A stretch of 22,590 bases of DNA from the IMG/VR virus record IMGVR_UViG_3300006598_000001, positions 1 through 22,590 of that record; one strand, given 5' to 3'. The stretch comes from a virus. Shown here piece after piece: positions 13,816 to 21,851 of the stretch. The translations under genes were made by a program, and so were the position numbers. The number at the start of each line of letters is the position of its first letter. Position 1 is the first letter of the stretch. The notes beneath the pieces are model-generated. The model saw only the letters and a list, made by a program, of their open reading frames with translations, did not search any database and was not told the origin of the DNA.

Positions 13816-14651
13816 TGCATAGCGCGTCAAAAGTTTTGCTGGGTTCAACCCGGTCGAACCATAAAGACGTATCGAAATACGAGTCCAGCCCAGACACTTA
13901 TCTGGCTGGTCTTTGCGTTTCGGTCGCCACCACTGGAGCCTTGAGCCTGTTAAAATCCGATGGTTTTCGAGTTGGTGTATCCCTTGGAAAAGGGTTATCT
14001 GCTGACACGAAATGCACTTCGGTTTTGAGATCAGGCAAAAAGGTCCCCGTTCGAGCGCATTTGAAACGCTCCACTGGCACCATTACCATTACCAATATTG
14101 CCAACCTAGTCGATGGCACTGACGATACTGTCACGATTGGTGGCACGGCATTTACGGCCACTGACGGAGCCGTGGTTGCTGGTCAGGCGACTTTCGACGC
14201 AAGGACTGGCACCTCGAATGCTGCGACAAGCCTTGCAGCTCAAATCAACGCTCACGCCACCGCTGGTGCAAAGGTTTACGCTGTCGCCAATGGCGCGGTC
14301 GTTACTCTTTATGCACGAGTTGAGGGTGCTGGCACTGGCCACGATGTTACGACGACCTATGAGCAGCTTGGCACGGGCACTGGAGCGACAGTCGCTCAAG
14401 CTGCTTTGGCGGGTGGTTCTAATACAATCTCCGCAATCGCTTACGCCGCTCCTGGTGGCTATATGTATATTAACGACGTGACCGGAAAAGCTGACGTTGC
14501 AATGTCAGGTTTTTCGACCGTTTCCAATGCTGTCTATGTGGCACCAACCAAAGGTGCAACGTCAGCGGTGGTTACTGGTGTAACTGAGGGATCACTTGAA
14601 AGTGTTTCCGAAGTCGCAGCAGTATTGGTTGATATGCCGGGAGGCTTATAA
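13815..14651 (+). CDS. Decoration/cement-like protein, paralog 2, carrying display-module copy B
   Basis: It is 278 aa and also ends PGGL*. The same ggaggcttataATG junction occurs at both gene ends. An internal 115-aa module is inserted after VPVRAHLKRS. Confidence 0.6.
   Translation: MHSASKVLLGSTRSNHKDVSKYESSPDTYLAGLCVSVATTGALSLLKSDGFRVGVSLGKGLSADTKCTSVLRSGKKVPVRAHLKRSTGTITITNIANLVDGTDDTVTIGGTAFTATDGAVVAGQATFDARTGTSNAATSLAAQINAHATAGAKVYAVANGAVVTLYARVEGAGTGHDVTTTYEQLGTGTGATVAQAALAGGSNTISAIAYAAPGGYMYINDVTGKADVAMSGFSTVSNAVYVAPTKGATSAVVTGVTEGSLESVSEVAAVLVDMPGGL
14073..14417 (+). repeat. Display-module copy B (STGTITITNIANLVDGTDDTVTIG...GATVAQAALAGG)
   Basis: It aligns with copies A and C. Nucleotides 14100..14128 are identical to 92..120. 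Confidence 0.85.
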
Positions 14652-14824
14652 TGGCACGCAAAAAAAAGGAAAAGGCCTCGCAGGATGAGGCCGAAAAAAT
14701 GCTTGAGACGGGGGAGGCCGAAATCCCTGTCGAGGCAATTGTCAATGAACCAGAGTCTAGTTCGGTAAATTCAGATATTGAAAAGCATCCAAAATTCAGT
14801 AAATTTAAGTCACGGGGGAAATAA
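14651..14824 (+). CDS. 57-aa Lys/Glu-rich ORF (MARKKKEKASQDEAEKMLETGEAE...)
   Basis: TAATG overlap with the upstream gene. It ends 2 nt before the capsid gene ATG. It is below the track cutoff. Confidence 0.4.
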   Translation: MARKKKEKASQDEAEKMLETGEAEIPVEAIVNEPESSSVNSDIEKHPKFSKFKSRGK

Positions 14825-14826
14825 TC

Positions 14827-15696
14827 ATGACAAACAAGGTCGCAGTACGCACCGTCGAAGAATTCATGCAGGACTACGTGCCTGTTTATCAACCGCTTTA
14901 CCCATTGTTCATGGGCAAGGCTCAGGCATACCCGCAAATCGTTGGTCAGCTTGATTTCCGTCGCGCAGACACGGTTGGTGATATCCGCGCAAAACGCATT
15001 TTGCCAAAGGATACCAATATCCACCAAATCTCGGTGGCTGAGGGCAAAAAGAGTTTTAAAAAGTATTTCAACGCTGCTCAATTCGTGCAGTCTGAATTTC
15101 AAGACCAGCAAGGTAATGAGGATATTATCAAGCAGGTTTTGGACGAAAACCAAAAATTACAGGACGAATTATTCCTGCTTGGTGAGGGCACCAGCGCCTC
15201 GACCATGCTGAATAACGGTCTGTTTTGGTCTAATGATCCCAACTATCGTTTGGAAAACTCGATTGAGATTTCCAAGGCGTCAACTGGGTATCACTTGCCT
15301 GATTTCCACACGGAGATCATGGCGTCGGCCGCTGTCGCTGATCAAATCTCTGGCAAAAAAGCCTTGATTGTTTACGGCACGATTGCCTGCGCAAAATTCG
15401 ATGGCTTGTATGCAAATACAGACCGTCCTTTCAAGTCGGTCCTTGCTGAGGTTTTGGGTGACAATTATTCACTCGTTAAGATGCCGACGGATGTAACTCC
15501 GGCGAATGCTAACGGCTGGATCATTGCCAATTTGGATCAGGTTAAAACGCACTATACGGTGCTCCCGATCCTCAAGGCTCAAGGTGTGAATGAGGAAAAA
15601 ATGTACTCATGGCACAACTTTTTGAGCGGCTCGATGATGCTCGAGGTTTTGGTTGACGACGCAATTTACCGTCAGCCATGCACTTTCGAGGCGTAA
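14827..15696 (+). CDS. Major capsid protein (candidate HK97-fold)
   Basis: It is 289 aa and lies after the scaffold and decoration genes. It is followed by a strong hairpin. The call rests on synteny. Confidence 0.65.
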   Translation: MTNKVAVRTVEEFMQDYVPVYQPLYPLFMGKAQAYPQIVGQLDFRRADTVGDIRAKRILPKDTNIHQISVAEGKKSFKKYFNAAQFVQSEFQDQQGNEDIIKQVLDENQKLQDELFLLGEGTSASTMLNNGLFWSNDPNYRLENSIEISKASTGYHLPDFHTEIMASAAVADQISGKKALIVYGTIACAKFDGLYANTDRPFKSVLAEVLGDNYSLVKMPTDVTPANANGWIIANLDQVKTHYTVLPILKAQGVNEEKMYSWHNFLSGSMMLEVLVDDAIYRQPCTFEA

Positions 15697-15725
15697 TCGA
15701 GAGTTTGATATAGAACCAAAAGAGA

Positions 15726-15759
15726 GAGGCCCTGGTTGTCTTGTTGCGGCCAGGGCCTC
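15726..15759 (+). terminator. Stem-loop after the capsid gene (partial terminator/attenuator)
   Basis: A perfect 10-bp stem, gaggccctgg / ccagggcctc, has a 14-nt loop. The downstream T tract is weak (agttattt). Confidence 0.4.
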
Positions 15760-15779
15760 AGTTATTTGAGGGGGTTTTT

Positions 15780-16046
15780 ATGCGCGATTGGCTCAATGCA
15801 ATTTTGGCATTCATCGGGACGACCTCCCTTACCGACGTTGAATACGCCGCGATCGATCAGACCGGCCTAGTCGTCCAAACATACAATCAGGCCTCATACG
15901 ATCAGCTTGCTGCTGTATTGACCTCCAGAGAGGCCGTAAGCACGCTCCAGGCTCGATTGGTTTCGTTTTATTCAGCCAAGGGTGTTGACGTCGCTGCTGT
16001 CGAAACTGGCAAGTCCAATATCTATTTGGGGGACGTTTTAAATTGA
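15780..16046 (+). CDS. Head-tail connector/adaptor (candidate)
   Basis: ATG 15780 follows SD gaggggg. It is 88 aa and is the first gene after the capsid. Confidence 0.4.
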   Translation: MRDWLNAILAFIGTTSLTDVEYAAIDQTGLVVQTYNQASYDQLAAVLTSREAVSTLQARLVSFYSAKGVDVAAVETGKSNIYLGDVLN

Positions 16047-16543
16047 AAATTGAGATGGGCAAATCATGGGGAAAAAAACTGCAAGGCCGTATCAAGCGAT
16101 ACAGCTTTGAGGTTGGCGTCTTGGACGATAAGCCTCACATGAACCCAGTCCAGCACGGCCTTTTCGAGGAGCCTCAGCTCAAATCCTATGCAGGTGGCCC
16201 GATCCGTCGAACCTCCAGAGAGGTCGGGGAGCTGACCGTCGGTGAGGTTTTGATCGATAACATGAAACGCTTGAATATCAATTTGCTGCTGCGTCCCTTT
16301 CAGGAGCGCAATTCAGATATCTTGAAATTTACTGATTACTTTTTGAGGTTCATTGTCGGCCGCAAAGGATCGAGCATAAAGCGCATCGAAAACCTGCTCC
16401 AGGCCATCGTGCGAAACCCTATCCTTAAACAGGAATATGGTCCAAACTCAGCAAATACCGCCGATGCCAAGGGGTTTCAGCGGCATTTATTCGACACCGG
16501 GCAAATGTTTAAGGCGATCAAAGCGAGGGTAAAGCGTGTTTGA
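16043..16543 (+). CDS. Head-tail joining / virion morphogenesis protein (HK97 gp10 / Mu gpG-like candidate)
   Basis: TTGA overlap with the upstream gene (alternative ATG 16055). The C-terminal LFDTGQMFKAIKARV resembles the L.DTG.L..SI motif of these families. Confidence 0.45.
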   Translation: MKIEMGKSWGKKLQGRIKRYSFEVGVLDDKPHMNPVQHGLFEEPQLKSYAGGPIRRTSREVGELTVGEVLIDNMKRLNINLLLRPFQERNSDILKFTDYFLRFIVGRKGSSIKRIENLLQAIVRNPILKQEYGPNSANTADAKGFQRHLFDTGQMFKAIKARVKRV

Positions 16544-16937
16544 AAAAGAGTTGGCCGATAAATTCAAAGCCATTTTTGCCGTCGATAAGGTGACTTACGA
16601 CACGCCGGGTGAGAGCCGGGAGCAAAATTGCCTTTTCATCGAGGTCGAAAACGCTCGAAATTCGATCAAGGATGGCCGTGCGATCTCAGTCGTGACAGGC
16701 AATGCGGTGATTTTTCAGAAAAATGAGTCGATTAAATTCGGGTTTTTTTCCAAGGCCATCGCCGAGGCACCCGCCGCACTGACCAAAGACCTGTTTTTTT
16801 TCGATATTGAGTCAAACACCCTGCGTTTCAGAGATATTGTCCAAAGGGGCTTTTCGTTCACTTATTTTTTCAATAGCCAATATGATCCAGCTATCGGTAG
16901 CATAACGAGTGTGGATATTAACATCGAGGAGTCTTAA
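16536..16937 (+). CDS. Neck / tail terminator-like protein (candidate)
   Basis: GTG 16536 follows SD gaggg. It is 133 aa and lies immediately upstream of the sheath. Confidence 0.35.
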   Translation: MFEKELADKFKAIFAVDKVTYDTPGESREQNCLFIEVENARNSIKDGRAISVVTGNAVIFQKNESIKFGFFSKAIAEAPAALTKDLFFFDIESNTLRFRDIVQRGFSFTYFFNSQYDPAIGSITSVDINIEES

Positions 16938-18281
16938 ATGGCCAAAATTTTGCTTGATTATTTTTTCAAAATTACCGCTCTAAACCCGACGCCGGCCGCC
17001 TCAACTGCATACCTGAAACAGGCTTGCGTGGTGGTGTCTCCAAAGGGTGGTTACATGGGCGCTATGGGCACGCCGGTTTTATGCACCACGAATGCTCAAA
17101 TAGCCGCCGTCACTGACAACGTCGAGGCCCAGCAGCTCCTTAGCGCAGGCCTGAGCCGTGTATATATCATGCCGGTTGACGACCTTTACCTCGCTGATTT
17201 CCTCGCTGCTGAGCCAGCTTTGAATAAGTTTTTTACTCTCTTAATTTCGAGCGATTTCGATGCTGCTGACGTTGCACCAACTGCTGCAACCGGCACCGTT
17301 ACGATCAGCTCATACGCAAATTTGATTGAGGGCAGCGACTTTGACACGATCAAAGTTGGTGGAGTGACTTTCGTTGCTCAAGCTGGTGCAGCGACACTCG
17401 GCACGGCCACATTTCGGGCCGCAACCGATAACGACACGACAGCAGAGAGTCTTAAAACTCAAATCAACGCCCATGAGGACCTAGAGGACTTGGTAATTGC
17501 CACACGCTCTGGAGCAGTGGTTACCATTACGGCCCTTGATACTGGCTCGGGTGGAAATGAAATTGCTTTGGAATATTCCGACGAGGACGGTGGATCTCCG
17601 ACAGTTGGAGCCAGTGTTTCAGGAGCGAACCTTACGGGTGGCGATGGCTTATTCCTTGGTGATTTTGACGGCGTGGTTGGCGTGACTGAGGACGAAACTC
17701 AGCTTGAATTTTTGGCCGCTCAAGCCGCAATTGAAAACCGCTGCGCATTCTTTGGTTCATCCACCAATAAAGGCAAAAATATGATGTATGCCTTTGGTAA
17801 ATTGCTCTCAAATCCAAGCGATTGGCTCAACCAGCAATTCGTGACCATGCCTTTTGACGACGCAGTTGACGTCCTTGGCGATGCTGAGGGATTTTTCGAC
17901 GATAAAATCAGCTTTTCGATCAGCGACGAGGAGTTTGGAAACAAGCTGTCACTTTTCTGCTGCGGCGGTAAAGCGATCGTTGCACCTTACATTTTACGCA
18001 ATCTCGAAATCGATCTCCAGAGCAAAGGCCTGCAATATGTTTCGGCCAATCAGCCTGGATACACCCGAACCCAAGCAGCACTCCTTGAGGATGAGCTGCA
18101 AAAGGTTATTGACGGGGATGGCCTAGAAAACGGTAACCCCGGTTACGTTGGTCGCGGCTGGATCACTGAGGGATCGGTGGCGATTTCATTGACTGAGGAC
18201 AATTTCGTGGCCTCGGGCAGTATCGACGTCCCAACCCCCCGAGCACTATGGCGAGTTAACGGAACCCTTACACAAAGTTAA
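16938..18281 (+). CDS. Tail sheath protein (candidate) carrying display-module copy C
   Basis: SD gaggag. It is 447 aa and lies directly upstream of the tube, chaperone and tape measure genes. W/J/I-like baseplate genes are present, which implies a contractile tail. Confidence 0.6.
   Translation: MAKILLDYFFKITALNPTPAASTAYLKQACVVVSPKGGYMGAMGTPVLCTTNAQIAAVTDNVEAQQLLSAGLSRVYIMPVDDLYLADFLAAEPALNKFFTLLISSDFDAADVAPTAATGTVTISSYANLIEGSDFDTIKVGGVTFVAQAGAATLGTATFRAATDNDTTAESLKTQINAHEDLEDLVIATRSGAVVTITALDTGSGGNEIALEYSDEDGGSPTVGASVSGANLTGGDGLFLGDFDGVVGVTEDETQLEFLAAQAAIENRCAFFGSSTNKGKNMMYAFGKLLSNPSDWLNQQFVTMPFDDAVDVLGDAEGFFDDKISFSISDEEFGNKLSLFCCGGKAIVAPYILRNLEIDLQSKGLQYVSANQPGYTRTQAALLEDELQKVIDGDGLENGNPGYVGRGWITEGSVAISLTEDNFVASGSIDVPTPRALWRVNGTLTQS
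17286..17642 (+). repeat. Display-module copy C (ATGTVTISSYANLIEGSDFDTIKVG...GASVSGANLTGG)
   Basis: It aligns with copies A and B. Confidence 0.85.
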
Positions 18282-18296
18282 ACAGGAGACAGCACC

Positions 18297-18716
18297 ATGA
18301 TTTTTAAACTCTATGATTGCGATATCGGTATCAAGGTCGGTGGCGTGTCTTACGACTTTGAGCACGTTGCAGAGGTTCAAATTGAGGATCCTGAGCGCAA
18401 CCGCCTTACCCGTGGCACCAACGCCTCGAATAAGGTTGGTCTGACTTACAAGGATGGCCTCAAAGATCCCAAAAAATGGACGGTCCCGATCATGAATATG
18501 AGCGCGGCCCTCAAAGCGGTGCTGGACGGCTGTTTCGACGACCAGACTCGACTCGACGTTTATTGCATTTCACGCAAGGACGGATCCAGCAAGATGGCCA
18601 AAAATGCCATCCTGACCAATCGTCCCCAGCAGCTCACTCTCGACGATACGGCTGAGAGCATGAACGTGAGCCTTGAATTTGAAACCTTTGACAGCGCGGA
18701 GAACCATAAATCGTGA
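18297..18716 (+). CDS. Tail tube protein (candidate)
   Basis: SD aggag. It is 139 aa and lies between the sheath and the chaperone. Confidence 0.55.
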   Translation: MIFKLYDCDIGIKVGGVSYDFEHVAEVQIEDPERNRLTRGTNASNKVGLTYKDGLKDPKKWTVPIMNMSAALKAVLDGCFDDQTRLDVYCISRKDGSSKMAKNAILTNRPQQLTLDDTAESMNVSLEFETFDSAENHKS

Positions 18717-19087
18717 TTAAGGTTTTACCCCTCAAGGGACCAAACACATACTGGGCGCTCATGGCTTATATCAAGCTGCTTATCGGCTTGAAACATTTGC
18801 CAGCCTATATGGGGTTGGACCTGGAGGAGTTTTTCGACAAGATTGAGGCGATGCCCGTTGAGGATCGCAAAAAGATCGTGCGCGAGGCGGTCCTTGTCGT
18901 TGCTTTGGACGAGTCCGAGGTAAATGCATTGGTCAAATTCGCCGCTGATAAAAACGGGGTGCCTTACGGCCGTGAAAACACCGCCAATATGCCTCCCGGC
19001 GAATTTATGGAGCTGCTGCACGCAGTCACTCAGGAAATTGCGGCCCTTGAACCAAACTTTTTGAGTATGCGCGAAAAAAAAAACTGA
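18713..19087 (+). CDS. Tail assembly chaperone (gpG-like, zero-frame product)
   Basis: GTGA overlap with the tube gene. It is 124 aa and ends in the slippery run gaaaaaaaaaac just before the stop. Confidence 0.6.
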   Translation: MIKVLPLKGPNTYWALMAYIKLLIGLKHLPAYMGLDLEEFFDKIEAMPVEDRKKIVREAVLVVALDESEVNALVKFAADKNGVPYGRENTANMPPGEFMELLHAVTQEIAALEPNFLSMREKKN

Positions 19088-19245
19088 AAAATTGGTCAGT
19101 TGATATCCGGGGAGTGTTCACTCGTTTCCCTGATATGTATCTGGTGGATGCAATAAATTTGGCATTCTATGAGGCTTTGCGGGAGCAGTCGCTTTTCGAC
19201 CTCATGGAAAAAGAAAGGTCAAAACGTGTTCAGCGAGGTGCTTAA
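18713..19245 (+). CDS. Chaperone frameshift fusion product (gpGT-like), -1 shift at ~19075..19081
   Basis: Hand translation of the -1 frame from 19081 gives KLKNWSVDIRGVFTRFPDMYLVDAINLAFYEALREQSLFDLMEKERSKRVQRGA*. This is a protein-like 54-aa extension overlapping the tape measure start. Confidence 0.5.
19074..19083 (+). promoter_or_regulatory. A10 slippery tract; candidate programmed -1 frameshift site
   Basis: The heptamer A-AAA-AAA is in the zero frame 1-3 codons before the stop. The -1 frame stays open to 19245. Confidence 0.55.
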
Positions 19246-20230
19246 AATCATTCCTAAGCTTGAGCCAAAGGATCTCCAGGCGATGCAAAACGCTTTGCAG
19301 TCCAGGTTTACCAAGCTGACCAAATCGTTTGGTAAAGGCCTTGTAAACGCCCTTAAAGGGGGTGGCATTGCAGGGATCGCCCTAGGGTTGATCGACAAGC
19401 TTTTGAACCCCCTCAAGGAAGTGCAGGAGGCCATCGATCGCACGCTCAAATCGTCGGACGATATCGCCACCAACGCCAACCAATTCAATACGACGGCTGG
19501 CAAGCTGCAAAAGCTTGTAACCCTCGCCAAGTCCACTGGGCTTGATCAGGACAACCTTTTTCAGCTCATTACCAAGTTTCAGGGAGCCGTTGCTCAGGCT
19601 AAGGCCAACCCAAATGATCCCGGCTCAAATTCAGTGCGAAATTTCACTGGTCAAACCGATACCGCCGAGGCGTTTTTTGGTTTCGTCCAGCAGCTCCAAA
19701 AAATGGACTCTAATCAGCGAGTCCTTGTCCAGCAGCAGGTTTTCGGGGAAAAGCAAATCCTAAAAATTGCCGACTTCATGCAGAGCATTGGCGATCCAAA
19801 GGCCCTCGCCACGATCGTTGGCCGCACCGGCATGGACAAGGTGACCTCAGAAAAGCTGACGGGATCGATCAATAAATTGGCCAACCTAAACGACCTTGCC
19901 GACTCTCTCACGGCCGGCCGTGAAATGAATGATATGGTTTCAAAGTCCGGCGTGATCAATGAGAGCATGATCCGAAACCGAGACAAGTCGGAGCGTATCC
20001 TGCTTGAGCGCGAAAACCGAAATATTGCCAATTACAATAATTTGGCCGCGATCTCTCAGTCAGTCGATAAAATCATGGGACTGGTTGAGCAAGGGACCGC
20101 CGTACTTGGTGGCCTGGTGACGAAACTGCTCCCATTCATCGACAAGATGACTGCTGCGATCGATAAATTTATGAAATCACCCATGGTGCGGGGAGTGCGC
20201 GGACTCTTTGGCGGTGGAAAGGATGAATAA
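19226..20230 (+). CDS. Tail tape measure protein (short, ~334 aa)
   Basis: It is helical and Gln/Leu/Lys-rich, with the glycine-rich hydrophobic stretch GGGIAGIALGLI. GTG 19226 follows SD aaagaaagg and is preferred over track ATG 19169, whose N-terminus MRLCGSSRFSTSW lies in the frameshift-extension region. Confidence 0.7.
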   Translation: MFSEVLKIIPKLEPKDLQAMQNALQSRFTKLTKSFGKGLVNALKGGGIAGIALGLIDKLLNPLKEVQEAIDRTLKSSDDIATNANQFNTTAGKLQKLVTLAKSTGLDQDNLFQLITKFQGAVAQAKANPNDPGSNSVRNFTGQTDTAEAFFGFVQQLQKMDSNQRVLVQQQVFGEKQILKIADFMQSIGDPKALATIVGRTGMDKVTSEKLTGSINKLANLNDLADSLTAGREMNDMVSKSGVINESMIRNRDKSERILLERENRNIANYNNLAAISQSVDKIMGLVEQGTAVLGGLVTKLLPFIDKMTAAIDKFMKSPMVRGVRGLFGGGKDE

Positions 20231-20778
20231 TGCTTGGTGGAGCTGATCCCGTTATCATTTTTCACTTGAAAAAGTTGGCTCCCTCGCTGGGAGTGCAGCT
20301 TGCAAAGATCCCAGTGATCTCTCAAGTGCCAACCCTCATCGAAATGCCTCCCATTCCGGTTTACCTGAGTGAAAAGGTTTTCAATATCGTGATAAACGGG
20401 GAGACCAAAACCGTCGATATTGAAACTGACACCGAAACTCTGACCAATGGCTCCGTCCCCGACGTGAACCAAAAGGCGATCCAGTCCAGCGTTGAAATCA
20501 GCATTGAGGGCAAAAAAGACTCAGTCGCACTCACGTTATTGTCCTCGCTGATCGATCTTGTTTTCGACAAGGTCAGCTCAAAGGAATACGCAATCAGTTG
20601 GATGCACGGTGCCACGACAATTTTTCAAGGTTTGCTGCATACGTATTCGGTTGAAACGGTTGAGGGCACCGACAAGCTTGCAATCAAAATCGGCATTTCA
20701 AAGGGGAGCAAAAACCCGACGAAACCAAATGAGGTGCCGGTCGTGCCTGGATCCGTTGGCACTTTACCTGGGGGATAA
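20230..20778 (+). CDS. Tail/baseplate assembly protein (unknown family)
   Basis: TAATG overlap with the upstream gene. It is 182 aa and occupies the position after the tape measure, as in Mu. Confidence 0.4.
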   Translation: MLGGADPVIIFHLKKLAPSLGVQLAKIPVISQVPTLIEMPPIPVYLSEKVFNIVINGETKTVDIETDTETLTNGSVPDVNQKAIQSSVEISIEGKKDSVALTLLSSLIDLVFDKVSSKEYAISWMHGATTIFQGLLHTYSVETVEGTDKLAIKIGISKGSKNPTKPNEVPVVPGSVGTLPGG

Positions 20779-21042
20779 ATGGAATTTACGTGGTTTAAAA
20801 TATTCAATACCGCCGAATTTGACGCCCTCGGGCTGGTCTCAAAGACCTATACGCTTTTTCTGGATGGCATCGGCGAAAAGGATATTTTGGTCACCAAGGG
20901 GAATGCCTATGGCCTCACTTACGAGGGGGTTTTCCTGTCCCTAAACTTGAATGATTTGAACCCATTTCCATTCGATGGTTACGGGGTTTATGTAGACGAC
21001 AACGACGACGTTTTCCTGGGGATCGAAATCGATGAGGATTAA
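20779..21042 (+). CDS. Small baseplate-module protein
   Basis: SD ggggga. It is 87 aa with an acidic C-terminus. Confidence 0.4.
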   Translation: MEFTWFKIFNTAEFDALGLVSKTYTLFLDGIGEKDILVTKGNAYGLTYEGVFLSLNLNDLNPFPFDGYGVYVDDNDDVFLGIEIDED

Positions 21043-21472
21043 GTGCCGTCACGGCTATTTCATTTTTGAGGAGACTAAGGTCGGGCAAATATCCGACTTT
21101 ATGAGTCGATTTGGATTTGAAATCGAGTCGGTCGGTGACCATTACACCTTTGCGGATTTGGTGGACACTCCGCGCCACACGATTTTGGGTGGCCCATTGC
21201 TGAATTTCGTTGCCACCAAAACCTTTGAGGGAGAGCCGTGGGAGCTATTTGAGGCCAATGGCGTTGTTTATGATTTCAACCTTGGCTTGGTTGTCCCGAT
21301 CGCAAGCGTGATTCAGGCCACCAGCATCCAACTCGCAGGAAATAGATACGTTTCACCTGGACTTATATTACCAGGATCCGTCACGGTCGATGGGGAGCGA
21401 GTGATGGATTACTCAGCCTGGTATTCACGCGACACACTCCGTTTCCTTTACTCGGAGGTCGGCTTTGTCTGA
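21032..21472 (+). CDS. Baseplate-module protein (hub candidate)
   Basis: It is 146 aa and overlaps the upstream gene by 11 nt. Confidence 0.4.
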   Translation: MRIKCRHGYFIFEETKVGQISDFMSRFGFEIESVGDHYTFADLVDTPRHTILGGPLLNFVATKTFEGEPWELFEANGVVYDFNLGLVVPIASVIQATSIQLAGNRYVSPGLILPGSVTVDGERVMDYSAWYSRDTLRFLYSEVGFV

Positions 21473-21851
21473 GATTTTAGATGCAACGTGCAACGCAACG
21501 GGGGTGGTAACGGCTGAGGGGAAACCTGTAACCGTTGCCACCGTGTTATCAGAGGGCAAGCAGCAATCGGCTGGCCTCCTTTTCATCCAGGGCGATAAGG
21601 CTTGGTTTATTCCGTCGAGTGCGACGGATATCAAGACGACAATCGAAAAGCTGATTTCGGTGATTGAAAAGACAGCCGACTCAGTCACCCAAATCGCCAC
21701 CACATTGACCTCAATTGGTGCGGGGATGACAGGACCAACGACAGCTCCCCCGCCAACGCTCGGCGCTGACGTGGTGACTTTAAATTTGAAAGTGACTGAG
21801 CTGAATGCAGTTAAAACAGAGCTGACAACGCTCAAGGGAGCATTGAAATGA
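21465..21851 (+). CDS. Baseplate spike-like protein (gpV-class candidate)
   Basis: TTG start 6 nt after SD ggagg. The N-terminal beta-rich segment TGVVTAEGKPVTVATVLSEGKQQSAGLLFIQGDKAWFIP is followed by a C-terminal coiled coil. It lies just upstream of the W-like gene. Confidence 0.35.
   Translation: MSEILDATCNATGVVTAEGKPVTVATVLSEGKQQSAGLLFIQGDKAWFIPSSATDIKTTIEKLISVIEKTADSVTQIATTLTSIGAGMTGPTTAPPPTLGADVVTLNLKVTELNAVKTELTTLKGALK

Noticed and set aside
14572-15153. 193-aa minus-strand ORF
   Set aside because: It is antisense to the start of the major capsid gene and to the 57-aa ORF. It has no SD and is judged a shadow ORF. The same reasoning applies to 21425..21934 (-), 98..577 (-), 1742..2128 (-) and 1785..2207 (+).
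16743-16801. T7 (16743..16749) and T8 (16794..16801) homopolymer runs inside ORF 16536..16937 as phase-variation or frameshift sites
   Set aside because: They encode in-frame Phe runs (FGFFSK, DLFFFD). No alternative frame opens a meaningful extension. They are noted only as potential sequencing-error hotspots.
62-17642. Diversity-generating retroelement (template/variable repeat) as the explanation for the three related module copies
   Set aside because: No reverse transcriptase or accessory gene exists anywhere in the circle. Differences between the copies involve all four bases rather than adenine-specific substitutions. The copies are diverged along their whole length, including synonymous sites.
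19169-19225. ATG 19169 as the tape measure start
   Set aside because: The resulting N-terminus MRLCGSSRFSTSWKKKGQN lies in the region better explained as the -1 frameshift extension of the chaperone. GTG 19226 has an upstream purine-rich SD.
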